Source: Octopus bimaculoides (Eukaryota). From it: 64,000 nucleotides of DNA. The translations under genes and the position numbers were made by a program. Location: NCBI RefSeq assembly GCF_001194135.2, contig NC_068986.1, positions 4,410,875 through 4,474,874 on the forward strand, given 5' to 3'. The notes beneath the pieces were generated by a model. It was not told the origin of the DNA. It saw only the letters and a list, made by a program, of their open reading frames with translations, and did not search any database. Below, one piece after another: positions 1-13,150 of the stretch (positions within the stretch are counted from its first letter, which is position 1; each line of letters starts with the position of its first letter).

Positions 1-70
1 AAGTTACAGGGATGTAAACATACCAACACTATTTGTCAAGTGGTGGGAGAGATATACAAACACATAGCTG

Positions 71-129
<59 letters not shown>

Positions 130-287
130 AGCTGCTTTCAGTCTCTGTCTACCAGATCTACTTACAAGGCTTTGGTTGGCCTGAGGCTATAGTAGAAGAC
201 ACGTTCCCAAAGTGCGACACAGTAGGTCTGAACCCATGACCATGTGGTTGGAAAATAACCTTCTTACCACACAGCCACACCTGCACC
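1..287 (-). mobile_element. tRNA-derived SINE, family B (partial, runs off window start)
   Basis: Reverse complement of the head gcaggtgtggctgtgtggtaagaa...ggttcagacc plus the accttgggcaagtgtctt-like core and an internal (AT)n; same layout as 33643-34007 and 48936-49322. Confidence 0.75.
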
Positions 288-396
288 TACATATACATGT
301 ATAGAATGTATCATAAGAGTTGTAGAGTATATGAGAATATATTTTAGTGAGTACAAATATCTTATACATGATATATTGGGTTGAGTTTCTCTCTCT

Positions 397-448
<52 letters not shown>

Positions 449-757
449 TTCAACTAACGCTATTTATTTTTAAAAGATTTTTTAACCGATCAAATTTTGT
501 TTTGACTTTACATGACCCATGCCAATATTTTTTTAGGGGTGAGTGTACAATTTGTGTATGTATGTATGATCCTTGTATGCGTACATGTTCATCTACATGT
601 GTGTGCATACATGAACACATACACACATATATATGTGCATGTATTTAGGGATACATGCTTTTTATATGACAAAAAGTGCCTTATGTATAAGTGTTGACTT
701 CTGTGTGCGTAGCTGCTGTGTATGTACATGTGTATTATACAAATATATATATGTATA

Positions 758-812
<55 letters not shown>

Positions 813-1959
813 TGTGTATGTATGTATATACACATATATGTGTGGTTCTTTATATGTATTCATTTACGTGAATTGTTGCACATATGTCTCCATATATATG
901 TATATACGAGCATATTTATTTGTATCTATTGTTCGTGTATGTATATGTGTGTTTATATATATATATATATATATATGCACTGAATTAAAAGACGAATGGT
1001 TTTTGACCAGTGTTAATATTATGTATTATTTTTATATAAGTTTCCCTCAGCTTTATAAACAATTTACCTAAGTATTAATTTAACTCCTCATTTGTACGAT
1101 ATTCTTATTCACTGTAATTTACTGTTCAACCTCTATTTATTTACCTACAGATACCCTAATTATATTCACACATTATCCATTACCCACTAAAACAACCTAT
1201 AACCCCTAATCTGGGCATATACCAATATTAGCCATAAAGTAATACTCAGTCTGCTGTGATGATTCTAAAATACAACACTCAATAACCTGACAGTATATCT
1301 TTTTTCTATCCATCTGAGATTTTGCCTAATATAATGATTCTATCAATTACTATTTAATCTATTAGGCCTAACTGAAACAGCCGTAAAGGAGCATGTTTGA
1401 TATTTGCAAATAACAAATTTTTAATGAATTGTCAATGCGATGAGCATATGTTACACACATTACTTCCAAGCAGTGCTGTAAACAGCAGAAGTGAGCTAGA
1501 ATAATAAGACTTAGTGTGCATGCACAGCAGGGTTCAAACTCAATCTGTGGCCAGCAGCTTTACTCTGCATGCTTTAGCTTCATTACTATGGCAACAGTCA
1601 GGATACCTATTGATCATACCACACACACGCATCATCATCATCATCATCATCATATATATATATATTAATGATAATAATTACAAAGCACTCAGAGATCGCA
1701 AACCTCTGCCAAGGCAACACCAACATCCTCTCAATGATTAGCCAGAGATGACTTTTAAAATGAGAATATCTGAAATAAACTTGACTGGTCTCACAAATCA
1801 GAATACTAAAAATGAACCCGACCACTCTGAAAAATTAAGTAAAAAAATCAGAGAAATAATTCTGATCAATCCCAATGGTAGTCATGAAATGTGAAGGTGA
1901 GTATGCTGGCTGTGTTTGTAATGCTGTGTGTGTGTGTCATCTGCTGTGGTAACAGGGAC

Positions 1960-2160
1960 AGTTTTCTCTATGAAGGCCTTTTTTAATCTATCCACCGATA
2001 TAGTGTCTTTACGACCATTAAGGTCTATAGTGAAAAATTTATCCATGCATGAAAGAAAATGGAAAGAACCTGCATATGGTGCCCCTAACGGATATGGTGC
2101 TGTGCACAAAAACATGAGTCCAAGAAGTAATGCTTCCTTCAAGACAGAACTAGAAATACA
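1960..2160 (-). pseudogene. Gypsy LTR-retrotransposon integrase C-terminal remnant (GPY/F region)
   Basis: Minus strand gives THVFV, then after a frameshift PLGAPYAGSFHFLSCMDKFFTIDLNGRKDTISVDRLKKAF, matching the Gypsy pattern THVFV..PLxxPYxGPF..K.FTI..NG..DTVS.DRLKPA. Confidence 0.65.
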
Positions 2161-2509
2161 ATTGTCAAGTAGGTAAAAGATTTTAAACAGGAGCAATATA
2201 TTCAAAATTGGTAAAGCTAAAAATTGTCAAGGATAAATTAAATTTATAATTGTTACTGAATATGTTAGTGTTATTTAATTTCTGAACAGTTTTGCTGCCG
2301 TTTGTTTATGGAGTTTGATTTCTTTATCCATCAGTTTCTACTAAGATAGAGACGTGAGTAAAATTAATAGTTGAGAAACGAAAATAAAACTTTGGAAACA
2401 ACACCGCCTCCATAACTTATGTGGAAACCATGAGTGTGGTTTCGAGGGAGATAATCAGAGAAAGACTTGAAAGTGAACGTAAGATTGTAATACCTCATGT
2501 AAAGTGAAG

Positions 2510-2711
2510 TAAATATAGCAAATAATCCAGAATCTTTGTCCGCTACCAGATTGATTCCAAAATCTAACCAGTTTGTCCCAGTCATCTCTGAAAGTTTCAT
2601 CCGAATTCATCCAGCGGCTTTTGAGATATCTTGTCCATGGACAAAAAAAACAAGAAAACAAACAAGCACAACTGAAAACAATACCTCTGCCTTCACTAAG
2701 GCAGAGGTAAT
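2510..2711 (+). mobile_element. Probable Helentron/HINE-like non-autonomous element end with subterminal hairpin
   Basis: aagtttcatccgaattcatccagcgg..tgagatatc, an aaac-rich tract, then a perfect 12-bp stem TACCTCTGCCTT-cact-AAGGCAGAGGTA (2682-2709). Family assignment rests on recalled similarity to Helentron ends. Confidence 0.5.
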
Positions 2712-2924
2712 AATACTTTCTACTATAGGCACAAAATCTGAAATTTTGGGGAGAGGATAGTCAATTACATCAACCCCAATACTCAACTAGTACTTATTTT
2801 ATCGACTCCAAAAGGATGAAAGACAATGTCAACTTTGGTGGAATTTGAACTCAGAACGTAATGACAGACAAAATGCCACTAAGCATTTTGCCCGGCATGC
2901 TAATGATTCTGCCAGCTCACCACC
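2709..2924 (-). mobile_element. tRNA-derived SINE, family A (older subfamily)
   Basis: Reverse complement of head ggtggtgagctggcagaatcattagc..gagttcaaattcc, central box ctttcatccttt..gtcgataaaataagtact and tail aaatttcag..tgtgcctatagtagaaag. Confidence 0.75.
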
Positions 2925-3083
2925 TTATTGATGATGAAGACGACGATATCCCAAGTTAACTGCCTACTCCAGACTTTTCTCCACGCTCAGTTGTGCATGA
3001 TTGTGTGTGTCTGTGTGCTTATACATATATATAATCTTAAGATAAGATGTGCTTACACACAACACAGTCACACCCTTACATGT

Positions 3084-3133
<50 letters not shown>

Positions 3134-4727
3134 CAAAATAAAATAAAAATATGTTACACATATTTGCACTATTTTTCCCACTTTAAAGCTATGTGGATAA
3201 TGAACTTCTTTTAGATCTACTTCCTTTCTTTAACTAACCTGGTTTCATAGATAAATATACAAACAAAGCATTTTATTGAATGAAAGCTTGAAGATTTGTT
3301 GAGTAAATTATGGTACACTATGAAGTTTTCTTAGAAAATTAAAGTATTTGAAATAATTTGGGAGAATAAAAAAGATTAACATAGAATGCTCTTTGAAGTA
3401 GGAGAAACAAGCTTGGTACCACTTTATGTAGTGTGCTATTATAAGGAAATGCTCTGCATTTGTCTATGAATCAATATATTTTATGAATATCAATCATCTA
3501 TAAATGTTATACTTACTAATTCACTGCTGCAGTTAGCTTTAATCTGTTACCTCCATCTCATATTGTATTTTGTATTATTTATTCTAAATCCTAACTAACT
3601 GTTCAAAGATATACTAAAGAACCACCCCATCTTGAGATGCATTTGTTGAAATTTGCAACATGACAATTCTAGCTTCAGCTGGTAAGCATGTATTTAGAAC
3701 TGTTTACAATATGTCAGACCTTCAGAAGTGGTCGGTTACCATTATCATGATTTAACATCCACTTTCTATGCTGTCATGGGCTGGAAGGTTTCGCAGGAGC
3801 TGGCAAGTTAGAAGACTACATCAAATTCCACTTTCTATATTTTGCATGCTTTCTATCATTGGATGCCTTTCCTGATGCCAAATACTTTACAGTGTTCTGA
3901 GTGCTTTTTAAACAGCAATAGTTTGCAAGACAAAACTCCTCAGTTGAAGGGGGACAAAACCCCAAAATAAGATTATGAAAAAGACAATTGTTTCCTAATC
4001 CTATAATGATTGTGTCACTCCTATAGTTTGGCAGCTGTACCACTATGAATGTGATGTGGATGGAACATTACCTGTGGATCTGTAAATTGTCATAGGAACT
4101 GATCTTCCTCCCCCAACAAAAACTACCTAAATATTACCTGTATATACAAATAAAATCCAGGAATTGTTAAATTTCTCATCAGATTTCTGCCACCTTTGAA
4201 ATAGAATTTAAAATTCCATGCTTTGTAATTTTTACAGCAAATGTAAAAAAAAAACTGCATTAACACTCCTCTTCTTCACCCTTTTAATGAGGTTTTCCTT
4301 GATTTTCCTACATAAGTTCCAAAAGTAAAGTTTTCTTCATTGATTGTATAAATCATCAAATGAAACTTAAAATCCCAGTCAATACAAATTTTACTCTGTT
4401 CTAAGTATTGAGTTCCCACAGTAAGTGTTTTATTGTAAATTCAAAACTATAAAATAATGACATTAAATTATCATTCAATAGTTTTCCTAAAATTATTCAG
4501 AGATTAGTGAGTAGAACATTGTGCTAGATGCCGAAATTTTGTATTGTCTCAATTTCATAGTTGATGGTATCTTTGATTTTCATCCCTTGAAGTGACTAAA
4601 ATAGGTAGAATATTCTGGTGTCAGTATAGCCAACTAAACATTTCATTTCTACAAAATGTGACCTATACAATAATCAGATAACTATAAATAGCAAGAAGCA
4701 ATTATAGGAGTGTTTAAGAGATGCATT

Positions 4728-5373
4728 ATCATCGTCTTCTTTGTACATCATTGTCTATATGTGAACCATTGCCTTCATACATCATTGTTTTTGTACATCA
4801 TTGTCTATATGTGAACCATTGCCTTCATACATCATTGTTTTTGTACATCATTGTCTATATGTGAACCATTGCCTTCATACATCATTGTTTTTGTACATCA
4901 TTGTCTATATGTGAGCCATTGCCTTCATNNNNNNNNNNNNNNNNNNNNNNNNNNNNNNNNNNNNNNNNNNNNNNNNNNNNNNNNNNNNNNNNNNNNNNNN
5001 NNNNNNNNNNNNNNNNNNNNNNNNNNNNNNNNNNNNNNNNNNNNNNNNNNNNNNNNNNNNNNNNNNNNNNNNNNNNNNNNNNNNNNNNNNNNNNNNNNNN
5101 NNNNNNNNNNNNNNNNNNNNNNNNNNNNNNNNNNNNNNNNNNNNNNNNNNNNNNNNCTTTGTACATCATTGTCTATATGTGAACCATTGCCTTCATACAT
5201 CATTGTTTTTGTACATCATTGTCTATATGTGAACCATTGCCTTCATACATCATTGTTTTTGTACATCATTGTCTATATGTGAGCCATTGCCTTCATACAT
5301 CATTGTTTTTGTACATCATTGTCTATATGTGAACCATTGCCTTCATACATCATTGTTTTTGTACATCATTGTC
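4728..5373. repeat. 50-bp tandem minisatellite (about 8 visible copies, interrupted by N gap 4929-5156)
   Basis: Unit tttgtacatcattgtctatatgtgaaccattgccttcatacatcattgtt recurs with period 50 (4741, 4791, 4841, 4891; 5160, 5210, 5260, 5310); the only variant is A/G in gtga(a/g)cc. Confidence 0.97.
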
Positions 5374-5857
5374 AATGTGTTATGATTTCTTTGTTTGTTG
5401 TTGTCTTGGAATGCCATCTTTTTCATTCAATGTCTTCATAGTTCACAACTAAAATTCATATGAATATTATATAGCGATGATGGCACCTAAATTAATGTCT
5501 GCTCACCCATTAGGCTTTCATTTCATTTTTGTTTGGGACTATGCTCTATAGTCCACAATTCTGGTTTTAGCAAAGTGGTGGGTCATAATATTATGTTCTA
5601 TCAAGTTTGTTGTAAAAAGTTTTTGTTGTACACCAACTTTCTACCTTTTCGTACCTTATTAAATTTGCATCTAATTCATTCCAGTTCTGCAATGGTAATA
5701 AAAACTCTGAATATCCAGAATAGTTTTTGTTGTGTACAAAAATTACCTGGAGGCACAGTTTTCATAAGGACGAATAAACGAATGATCAGACTGTGCAGTT
5801 TGCCATTTAGAGAATGAAAAGATTAATATCAACCTATTTTATTTCTCAGTTGTAACA

Positions 5858-5892
<35 letters not shown>

Positions 5893-8412
5893 TGACAATT
5901 TTACCTGCTTTCTCATCCTTGGAATTATCAGTTTGTGAAATTTGAGCAGGAGAAAATTACCAGCAAGCAATACTTCAGAGACATTTGAATACATTCATTT
6001 CTTTCTTTATCTCAGCAAAGCCATAGACACAAAGAAAATGGTTACAATTATTGTTTAGCCGTTTTTTCTCTCCTTTTCTGTTAGTATATCTAAAGGTTAT
6101 GGAAGTTATTGCTGCAGAGACAAAAGTTTGAACATCTTTGCTGATAGTTTGGGAGGGAAATTGGTTTATAGGAAAAAAAAAAAAACAACATTTTTATTGA
6201 TATTGACTTTTGGAGTTTATGCGTGCTTATATTTCCCTGGGATTCCAGAAAAAAATTATTTTAGCAATTCTATCGCAATATTTAATATGGTTAACAATAT
6301 ATAGAAGATTTGACATAAGTTGGAGAAACTGTCAAGTAAAACAGTCCAGGTATGAACCATGCACCACATATATCTCATTGACTTTTGGTTTTAAAACTCT
6401 GACATCTTCATATAACCTTCTGAAATCACATTTCTGAAGCTTTTGCTATTCAAAAAGTAATGTTTCGTAAAAACCACAGGAAAAGTGAGCATGTTTTATC
6501 ACGATAGTTTTATTATAGGCCTGTATAATTTTTAATAAGGTTCAGTCATTATTATTATTAATAATAAATTAATATGATACCTTTGGGTAAGTATTAGTGA
6601 AGCAGTATAACTGTTTCCAAATAATTTTGTCATGCTGAAAGAATCAATAGTCCTGTCTTTCTTGCTTGTCTCACTGACATGGGATGCCCTGCCTGGTTTA
6701 AATTGGAATCTTTTTAACTGTTTAAGTGACAGAATCAAAAATTAGATCTTTGAGTAACTAAATTATAGAGCTCAGATAGAAAGAAAATCCAGTCTTTTGA
6801 AAAAGTAAATTTTATTTAGTTTTGATTTTGTGTTGGAAATATACAGAATATCTGTGCCACTTCATGAGTGAACCTATTTCTTTTTGGCACTTTCTGTTAA
6901 ATGAAAAGTATTATAACATGAATTTTGATGCCATAAAACCTTTCATGGTGGTTAGATGGCTGAGATCGGTGGGGAGGGAATCGTGGCTAAAAATAAAAAT
7001 AATGATAAAAAAAGAGACAAGCAAATGGAAATATTAAAATATTTTTAGGGGCTAATCAGGTGAAAGTAGTCTTAGGTGAATTTAGTGCCTTGTATGATTA
7101 AAATATTTTTAGATGATGGTTCAGAAAATGGTGTCTAAAAATTAGCAGGAAAGAAGGAAAAAAAATATTTCTAGACTAAGGATAAAAAAGACAAGCAATT
7201 TTCCTTAGAATTGTTATTACTCAAGGTTATCTGCAATCTGAATTATATTATTAGAAATAGTATTAATAATACTTATATAAGTCACATTGAAGAAAATCAG
7301 ACATAAAAATAGCAGGAAGTAATTATTGCTTTATAAAGACCCATCACAAAAATGTCCTCTTTATAGCAGTCATACTGGCTAAGATAGTTTGATGAATATA
7401 AGAACATATGAAATACAAGTAGAGAAAATCTGACAGATTGTTAAGATCAATAAGTTCTGAATAAACAGAATTAACTCTTAGTTACACAGCAAGTGTTTTA
7501 GACAACTCATCAAAATGCAAATATAGCTTGAAGTGTATGTGTGCTTGAGAAAGAGGAGGGAATGATAGAGATGACCATAAAAGGTTATTGGGCTGCTTAC
7601 CAACAATATGGCCATGAGTTCAAGCCTACTAACAGTGACTGTCATGTATTCTTAACATGAACCATGTGCTTGCTAATTGCTTTAAAGGTCTAATATAATC
7701 ACAAACAAGCATACACACCTCTTAGTCCTCTTGATCATGACTCATCAAAACATTCAGAATGTGTATACAAAGAGAAGGATAGAGAGAAGGATGGTGAGGG
7801 AGGTTTGCATCAGCATCTGGCTAGTAGTCATAACAACTAAGTAGACTGGAACACTGTAAAATGATGTGCCCTATTCAGGGACGAAACATACCATCCAGTC
7901 TAGGGATTGAACTCACCCAGCTTACTATTTACTCCATTGTTGACTGATTCACAAGTAGCAGTGAACCAATTAGTTTAAAAAAAAAAAAAGATATGAATAT
8001 CCACTACTACAAAACTGTTGTATCAGAAGTGAATATAGAAGAAACGTGTTCATATCTTTACTAGCTTCAGTGATTGAACAGTGGCCATGCTGGAGTACTG
8101 CCTTCACTTGTTTATTTCAATTCAGCTACATATTTCTTGTATAATGTGCCTATTTTAAAAATTTTGTCATCATATCCTGTCTTGCTTATGAAACCTGCAA
8201 GTACCTCTCCTAAAATTTTGTTATTTTGGGGTCCAGTTCTTAAAATTACTCTGCAGAACACATACATGACTATGGGGGACAAAAATAATACATTCCAGTC
8301 CTACTGCATACATAAAGCTTCAAGTATTTTAATTATGACTACGTCTATTCATTTTGAATTTTCTTTTATTTTCCAGCTATAATTTTAAGTCTTTTAAGCA
8401 CAATTAGTGTTA

Positions 8413-9514
8413 TCAGGTCATCCCATAAGTTCTGTCCGATTTTACCTTTTTATAAAATTGAATGAAATTTAATAGTATTTTAGAATGTCTAATGGAATTA
8501 AAAAATTATTTTTATGCATTTCTGTACATTTAAACTAATTAAATACTATTTTACAGAATAATAGAATTAAAATTTCTTTGATTAAAACCCTTTCTAACAT
8601 GGAAGTATCCAAAGAGCATTTGAGGCACATAATGCTTTATGAGTACAAAAAAGGAAACTCTGCAGCCGAAGCAACTCGAAACATACACTCAGTTTATGGG
8701 AAAGAATGCTTGAATGAAAGAACTTGCAGAAAATGGTTTGCAAAATTCAGAAGNNNNNNNNNNNNNNNNNNNNNNNNNNNNNNNNNNNNNNNNNNNNNNN
8801 NNNNNNNNNNNNNNNNNNNNNNNNNNNNNNNNNNNNNNNNNNNNNNNNNNNNNNNNNNNNNNNNNNNNNNNNNNNNNNNNNNNNNNNNNNNNNNNNNNNN
8901 NNNNNNNNNNNNNNNNNNNNNNNNNNNNNNNNNNNNNNNNNNNNNNNNNNNNNNNNNNNNNNNNNNNNNNATGGGAAAAAGGTTTTTCTCTCTATCTGGT
9001 TGGATTGCAAAGGAGTAATTCACTTTGAATTATTACCACCTAATGCAACAATCAATGCTCAAATCTACTGTCAGCAATTAGAGCGTTTGAACCAAGCTTT
9101 GAAGAAAAAATGATCCGCTTTAGTGAATCGAAAAGGAGTGATGTTTCATCAGGACAATGCACAACCCCACACTGCAAAGATCACATCACAAAAGATCAAA
9201 GAGCTTGGTTGGGAAAAAAATCCTCATCCACCTTATTCTCCCGACCTTGCTCCTTCAGACTACCATTTGTTTCGTAGTTTACAGAATCATTTGGGCGACA
9301 TAACTTTTGCAAGCCATGAGGAGGTTAAAACTGACATTTCAGAGTTCTTCACTTTGAAACCAACATTGATGGGAATAAAAATCTTGTAAATAGATGGAAG
9401 GAAGTCATAGATAATCAGGGAAAGTACATTGATGATTAAATTTCAGTTAAATATAACATTTGATCACTTGTTTTCTTTATTCAAAATTCGGACAGAACTT
9501 ATGGGATGACCTGA
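8413..9514 (+). mobile_element. Mariner (DD34D) DNA transposon with intact TIRs
   Basis: Perfect 27-bp TIRs TCAGGTCATCCCATAAGTTCTGTCCGA (8413-8439 and 9488-9514), flanked by TA at 8411-8412 and 9515-9516; transposase inside. Confidence 0.95.
8599..9439 (+). pseudogene. Mariner transposase, inactivated (part hidden by gap 8754-8970)
   Basis: N-terminal HTH MEVSKEHLRHIMLYEYKKGNSAAEATRNI; FHQDNAQPHT..HPPYSPDLAPSDYHLF with 34 residues between the last two catalytic D; in-frame TGA at 9111-9113 and a frameshift near 9365 before GIKNLVNRWKEVIDNQGKYIDD*. Confidence 0.92.
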
Positions 9515-12500
9515 TATAATTCAGTCAACTTTTAACCATATTGAACATGAATTCATTTACATCCAGTGCTTCATAATTTGATTGCTTTATAGTCTTTGTG
9601 ACTTCAGCTAGTGTGATTTCTTCCATTTCAATGTCCAGATTTTGTTCATTTGGAGGTGTATTTTCTTCATTTTGTGGAACTGGTCTGTTTAAAATTGCTT
9701 CAGAGTGTTCCTTCAATCTATTCTTTATCTTCAGTCAGCAGATTTTTATGTGTATCTCTAATTAATATCTCTTTATTATTCTTGGCTGTGCTCCCAATTT
9801 ATTTAATTGATTGATAAGCTAATCTGTTATTCTATCCTTCCCTTCTATTTATTTGCACTTCAGTCTTAATCACACTATCATTCAACTACTTCCCATTGAC
9901 ATGCTTAGAGAGTCCTTTTACTTTTGCTGTTGCATACTGATGTTCACAATAGGTAAGTTTTCATCATAATTAAAGTTTCATGTTTCTGTTTTGCAATCTC
10001 CTTTTCTCTATATTGTTCCTTATTTCAGTTATAAGCCATCATTTCTTCTTAGTTCTTCCCTTACTTCCAATTGTTTCATTTGCTGCTTCTTGAAGAGTTT
10101 CTTAAATATCATTTGACATCTGGTGCACATCCTCTTGTTTCATCTTCATTCATTAATAATGCCCCTAAAACAATAAATCTATTTCTACATTCATATATAA
10201 ACTCTTCTTTATGTCTCAATTAGTTATCATATTCTTTGTATTAAAATTTGGAGCCAATTCTTGTCCTCATTTTACCTTAATGTGTGGGTTGATGATGGTC
10301 AGTGCCAATTTCAGTATCTCTTAACCTTTACATTTGTTGTTTATCAATTGCATCATGATCAATTTGATTTCAATGTTTCCTGCCTGGGGAAATATATATA
10401 TATATATATATATATATANNNNNNNNNNNNNNNNNNNNNNNNNNNNNNNNNNNNNNNNNNNNNNNNNNNNNNNNNNNNNNNNNNNNNNNNNNNNNNNNNN
10501 NNNNNNNNNNNNNNNNNNNNNNNNNNNNNNNNNNNNNNNNNNNNNNNNNNNNNNNNNNNNNNNNNNNNNNNNNNNNNNNNNNNNNNNTATATAAATATAC
10601 CAATTATTATCAATCCAGTTTCATTCACACCCACCTTTTCTTGTCATGCCACACTCACAGAAAAGCTATCTTCTTATAAATTGCCTTTCTCCCTTATGAC
10701 ATCAAATTCTGCAAGGTTGTCTTGCAGAGTTCTATGTCAACTCTTTCATTAGTATTATAATACACTCTGTTCTTCAAAACTAACTCATTGTACTTAACTC
10801 TGTTTCATGTCCTTTTAATGTCTCTTTATCAAGTGAGGAGGGATAGCATGTGTGGTTGTTTTTTTCAAGGATTCTGAGACAAATAGGGCAAAGAAGAAAG
10901 CTATCCTCAGATTCAGCCTGAGAGTGAGCCCTGATAAAGGTACTCAAATATCCATTTTACAATTCCCAATTAATTTTCCCCCTCAATATATATTCAACAC
11001 AACCATCATTACTGGCTACCAGTTTAGCATTAAAGACTCCTATACACAGCAGCAACAAGTCATATTTTGCCATCTTCCTGTGTTACGCCTGAAGTTTGTT
11101 ATAAAATTTGCCTTACTTTTTGTCTGTTTGATTTTAGGATCACAGCATATTAATATTACTAACATTTGCATGTGCAAACCTGTATGTTACATATTTTCAT
11201 ATATGAATATATGTATATGAACTGTGTGTGTGTGCGTGTGTTTGTGTGTGTGCGTGATTACTCCAGATATTTCAGCTATAGTGTGTAATTTTTAAAAATA
11301 ATCTTAGTCTTATTGATGCTGAGTACCTATAGTTATTTCTTGCAAAAATTGAAGATTTATATTAAAATCTAATTTGTTATTTATTGTCTTTTGAATATCT
11401 TAGATATGCATCACATGGCTTGCATTCATGCAGGAAATGCCACTATATGTATGTGTTTGTGTGTGTGTTTATTGTTGTGTCTAAAGAAGAAGGACAGTAT
11501 CCTTTGGAAAATGTTGATAAAAATGATAGGCAAAAAGAGATAAGACTGATATAGTTAATACATGGTGTGAAATGTTAGAATTAGGAAATTGCCGTAAGAT
11601 TTGGTAGGAGAGCTAAAATTAGTAAATTATCGTAAAGTTTTGTAGAACTGCAGTTTCAACTGTTAGCATTCGCTCTTAGAATGAAGGATGAAATATTACT
11701 CTCCGTTCTTGGTTTACAAAGAGACAAACTATAAGTAAGCAAAAATACAGTTGCAGCAGATAAATTCGGGTATGGGTTGTCCAATAGATTGTGAATGAAA
11801 GTTTCAAGACAGAAATTATGAGGAAGCCAGTCAGAAGTGGGGAGTGTCGTGTTCCTATTTTTGGGTGGCAGACTTCATGTCACACAGTTTAACTCCAACA
11901 CTTGATACTTGAGTGCCTTTATCAAAGCTAACTCTGTTGCTAGCATTCAAGCGAGGTCCAAGGATAACTTCCTCTATCTGCCTCAAAGTCTTTATATGAA
12001 GAAATACTGTTGCTATCTTTCTACATCTGACCAAGACATTAACAATAAAGGGAGTTAAGCACAATAAGCTAGTTTTGAAGAACAGGGTATGTTATAATAG
12101 TAATGAAAGTGGTGGCATAGAACTCTGTAGGAATTCATAATTTTTAAGTGGTTGGCTTTCCTATGAATGTGGTGTAAAATGCTTACAATCTCTAGAAATA
12201 TGTTTTTCCAGATATGAGAGCAATACACTATTAGTGGGAGATATTTGTAATTTGTAAACATGAGATATAGTTTCAATCCAATTATTTACATATTCTTATT
12301 TAATTATCTAACAAATATACATTCATAAATACTTAATTTCCTTAAAAAGTTCTGTGTAGAATTAAACTCTACAAGGCTCAGCTGTTGCATTTTGAATGAG
12401 TGTAAAGTGTACTAATTAATAATTAGCTTGTTATTTTATCATTATATATTGAATTTCATCCTTTGTACATGTTTATTATGGAAAAGGAATTTTTATACAA

Positions 12501-12969
12501 GCCATAATATAATAGTCTACTATAAAGAAATGCGGATTCACTTGCTGAAAAAAATTTAGTTTATTTATCATATATAATGACTAAATAAATATATATTTAT
12601 ATGTATTTAAAAATGTATTGTATTAATTCACATGAATATTTCCAATTAGTAATTATGTAATTAGTTAAATTGATATTATTTATTGAACACAACTTGTAAA
12701 ATAGAATATATTTTCCCCAGTTTCCATACTTTACATTTTACTGAAATTTCCTCTGTGTGTGTGTGTGTGTGTGTGTGTGGTAAGAGGGGGTAGCAAGTCT
12801 CTCTCTCTCTCTCTCTCTGTCTGTCTCTCTCCCTCTCTCTCTCTTCAGCAGATACCAGCTTCGATTCCATAGGGTAACTTTTCCTGCTTCTTTTTCTGTC
12901 TACTGGTTTTTCTACAGTATATACTATGAGCTATTGTTTATCGCTACATTTAAGGCAACAAGTTGGTTG

Positions 12970-13150
12970 TATCATTAGTGTGCTGGACAAAATGCTTAGC
13001 AGTATTTCGTCCGTCTTTGCATATGAGTTCAAATTCCACTGAGGTTGACTTTGCCTTTCATCTTATCAGGGCCGATTAAATAAGCACTAGTTGTATAATT
13101 GATTAGCCCTCTCCTTTAATATTTCAAATCTTATGCAAATAGTGGAGATA
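12970..13150 (+). mobile_element. SINE family A, decayed
   Basis: gctggacaaaatgcttagcagtatttcgtcc..gagttcaaattccactgaggttgactttgcctttcatc. Confidence 0.65.

Larger units (their letters stand above)
8150..10800 (-). mobile_element. Decayed RTE-clade LINE ORF2 split by the mariner insertion
   Basis: Right of mariner: LKETLQEAANETIG..RTKKK and KEHSEAILNRPVP..LDIEMEEITLAEVTKTIK. Left of mariner: VFCRVIL..ILGEVLAGF..DKIF, resembling KVFCRVIL..LREEQAGFR..DQIF of early RT. Confidence 0.65.

Noticed and set aside
33-1071. ORFs rich in YIYIYI, CVCVCV, HTHTHT or LSLSLS here and throughout the ORF track
   Set aside because: They are translations of (AT)n, (GT)n and (CT)n microsatellites, which lack stops in some frames; no coding evidence.
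4728-5373. CRISPR-like array
   Set aside because: Units are contiguous with no unique spacers, there are no cas genes, and the context is eukaryotic.
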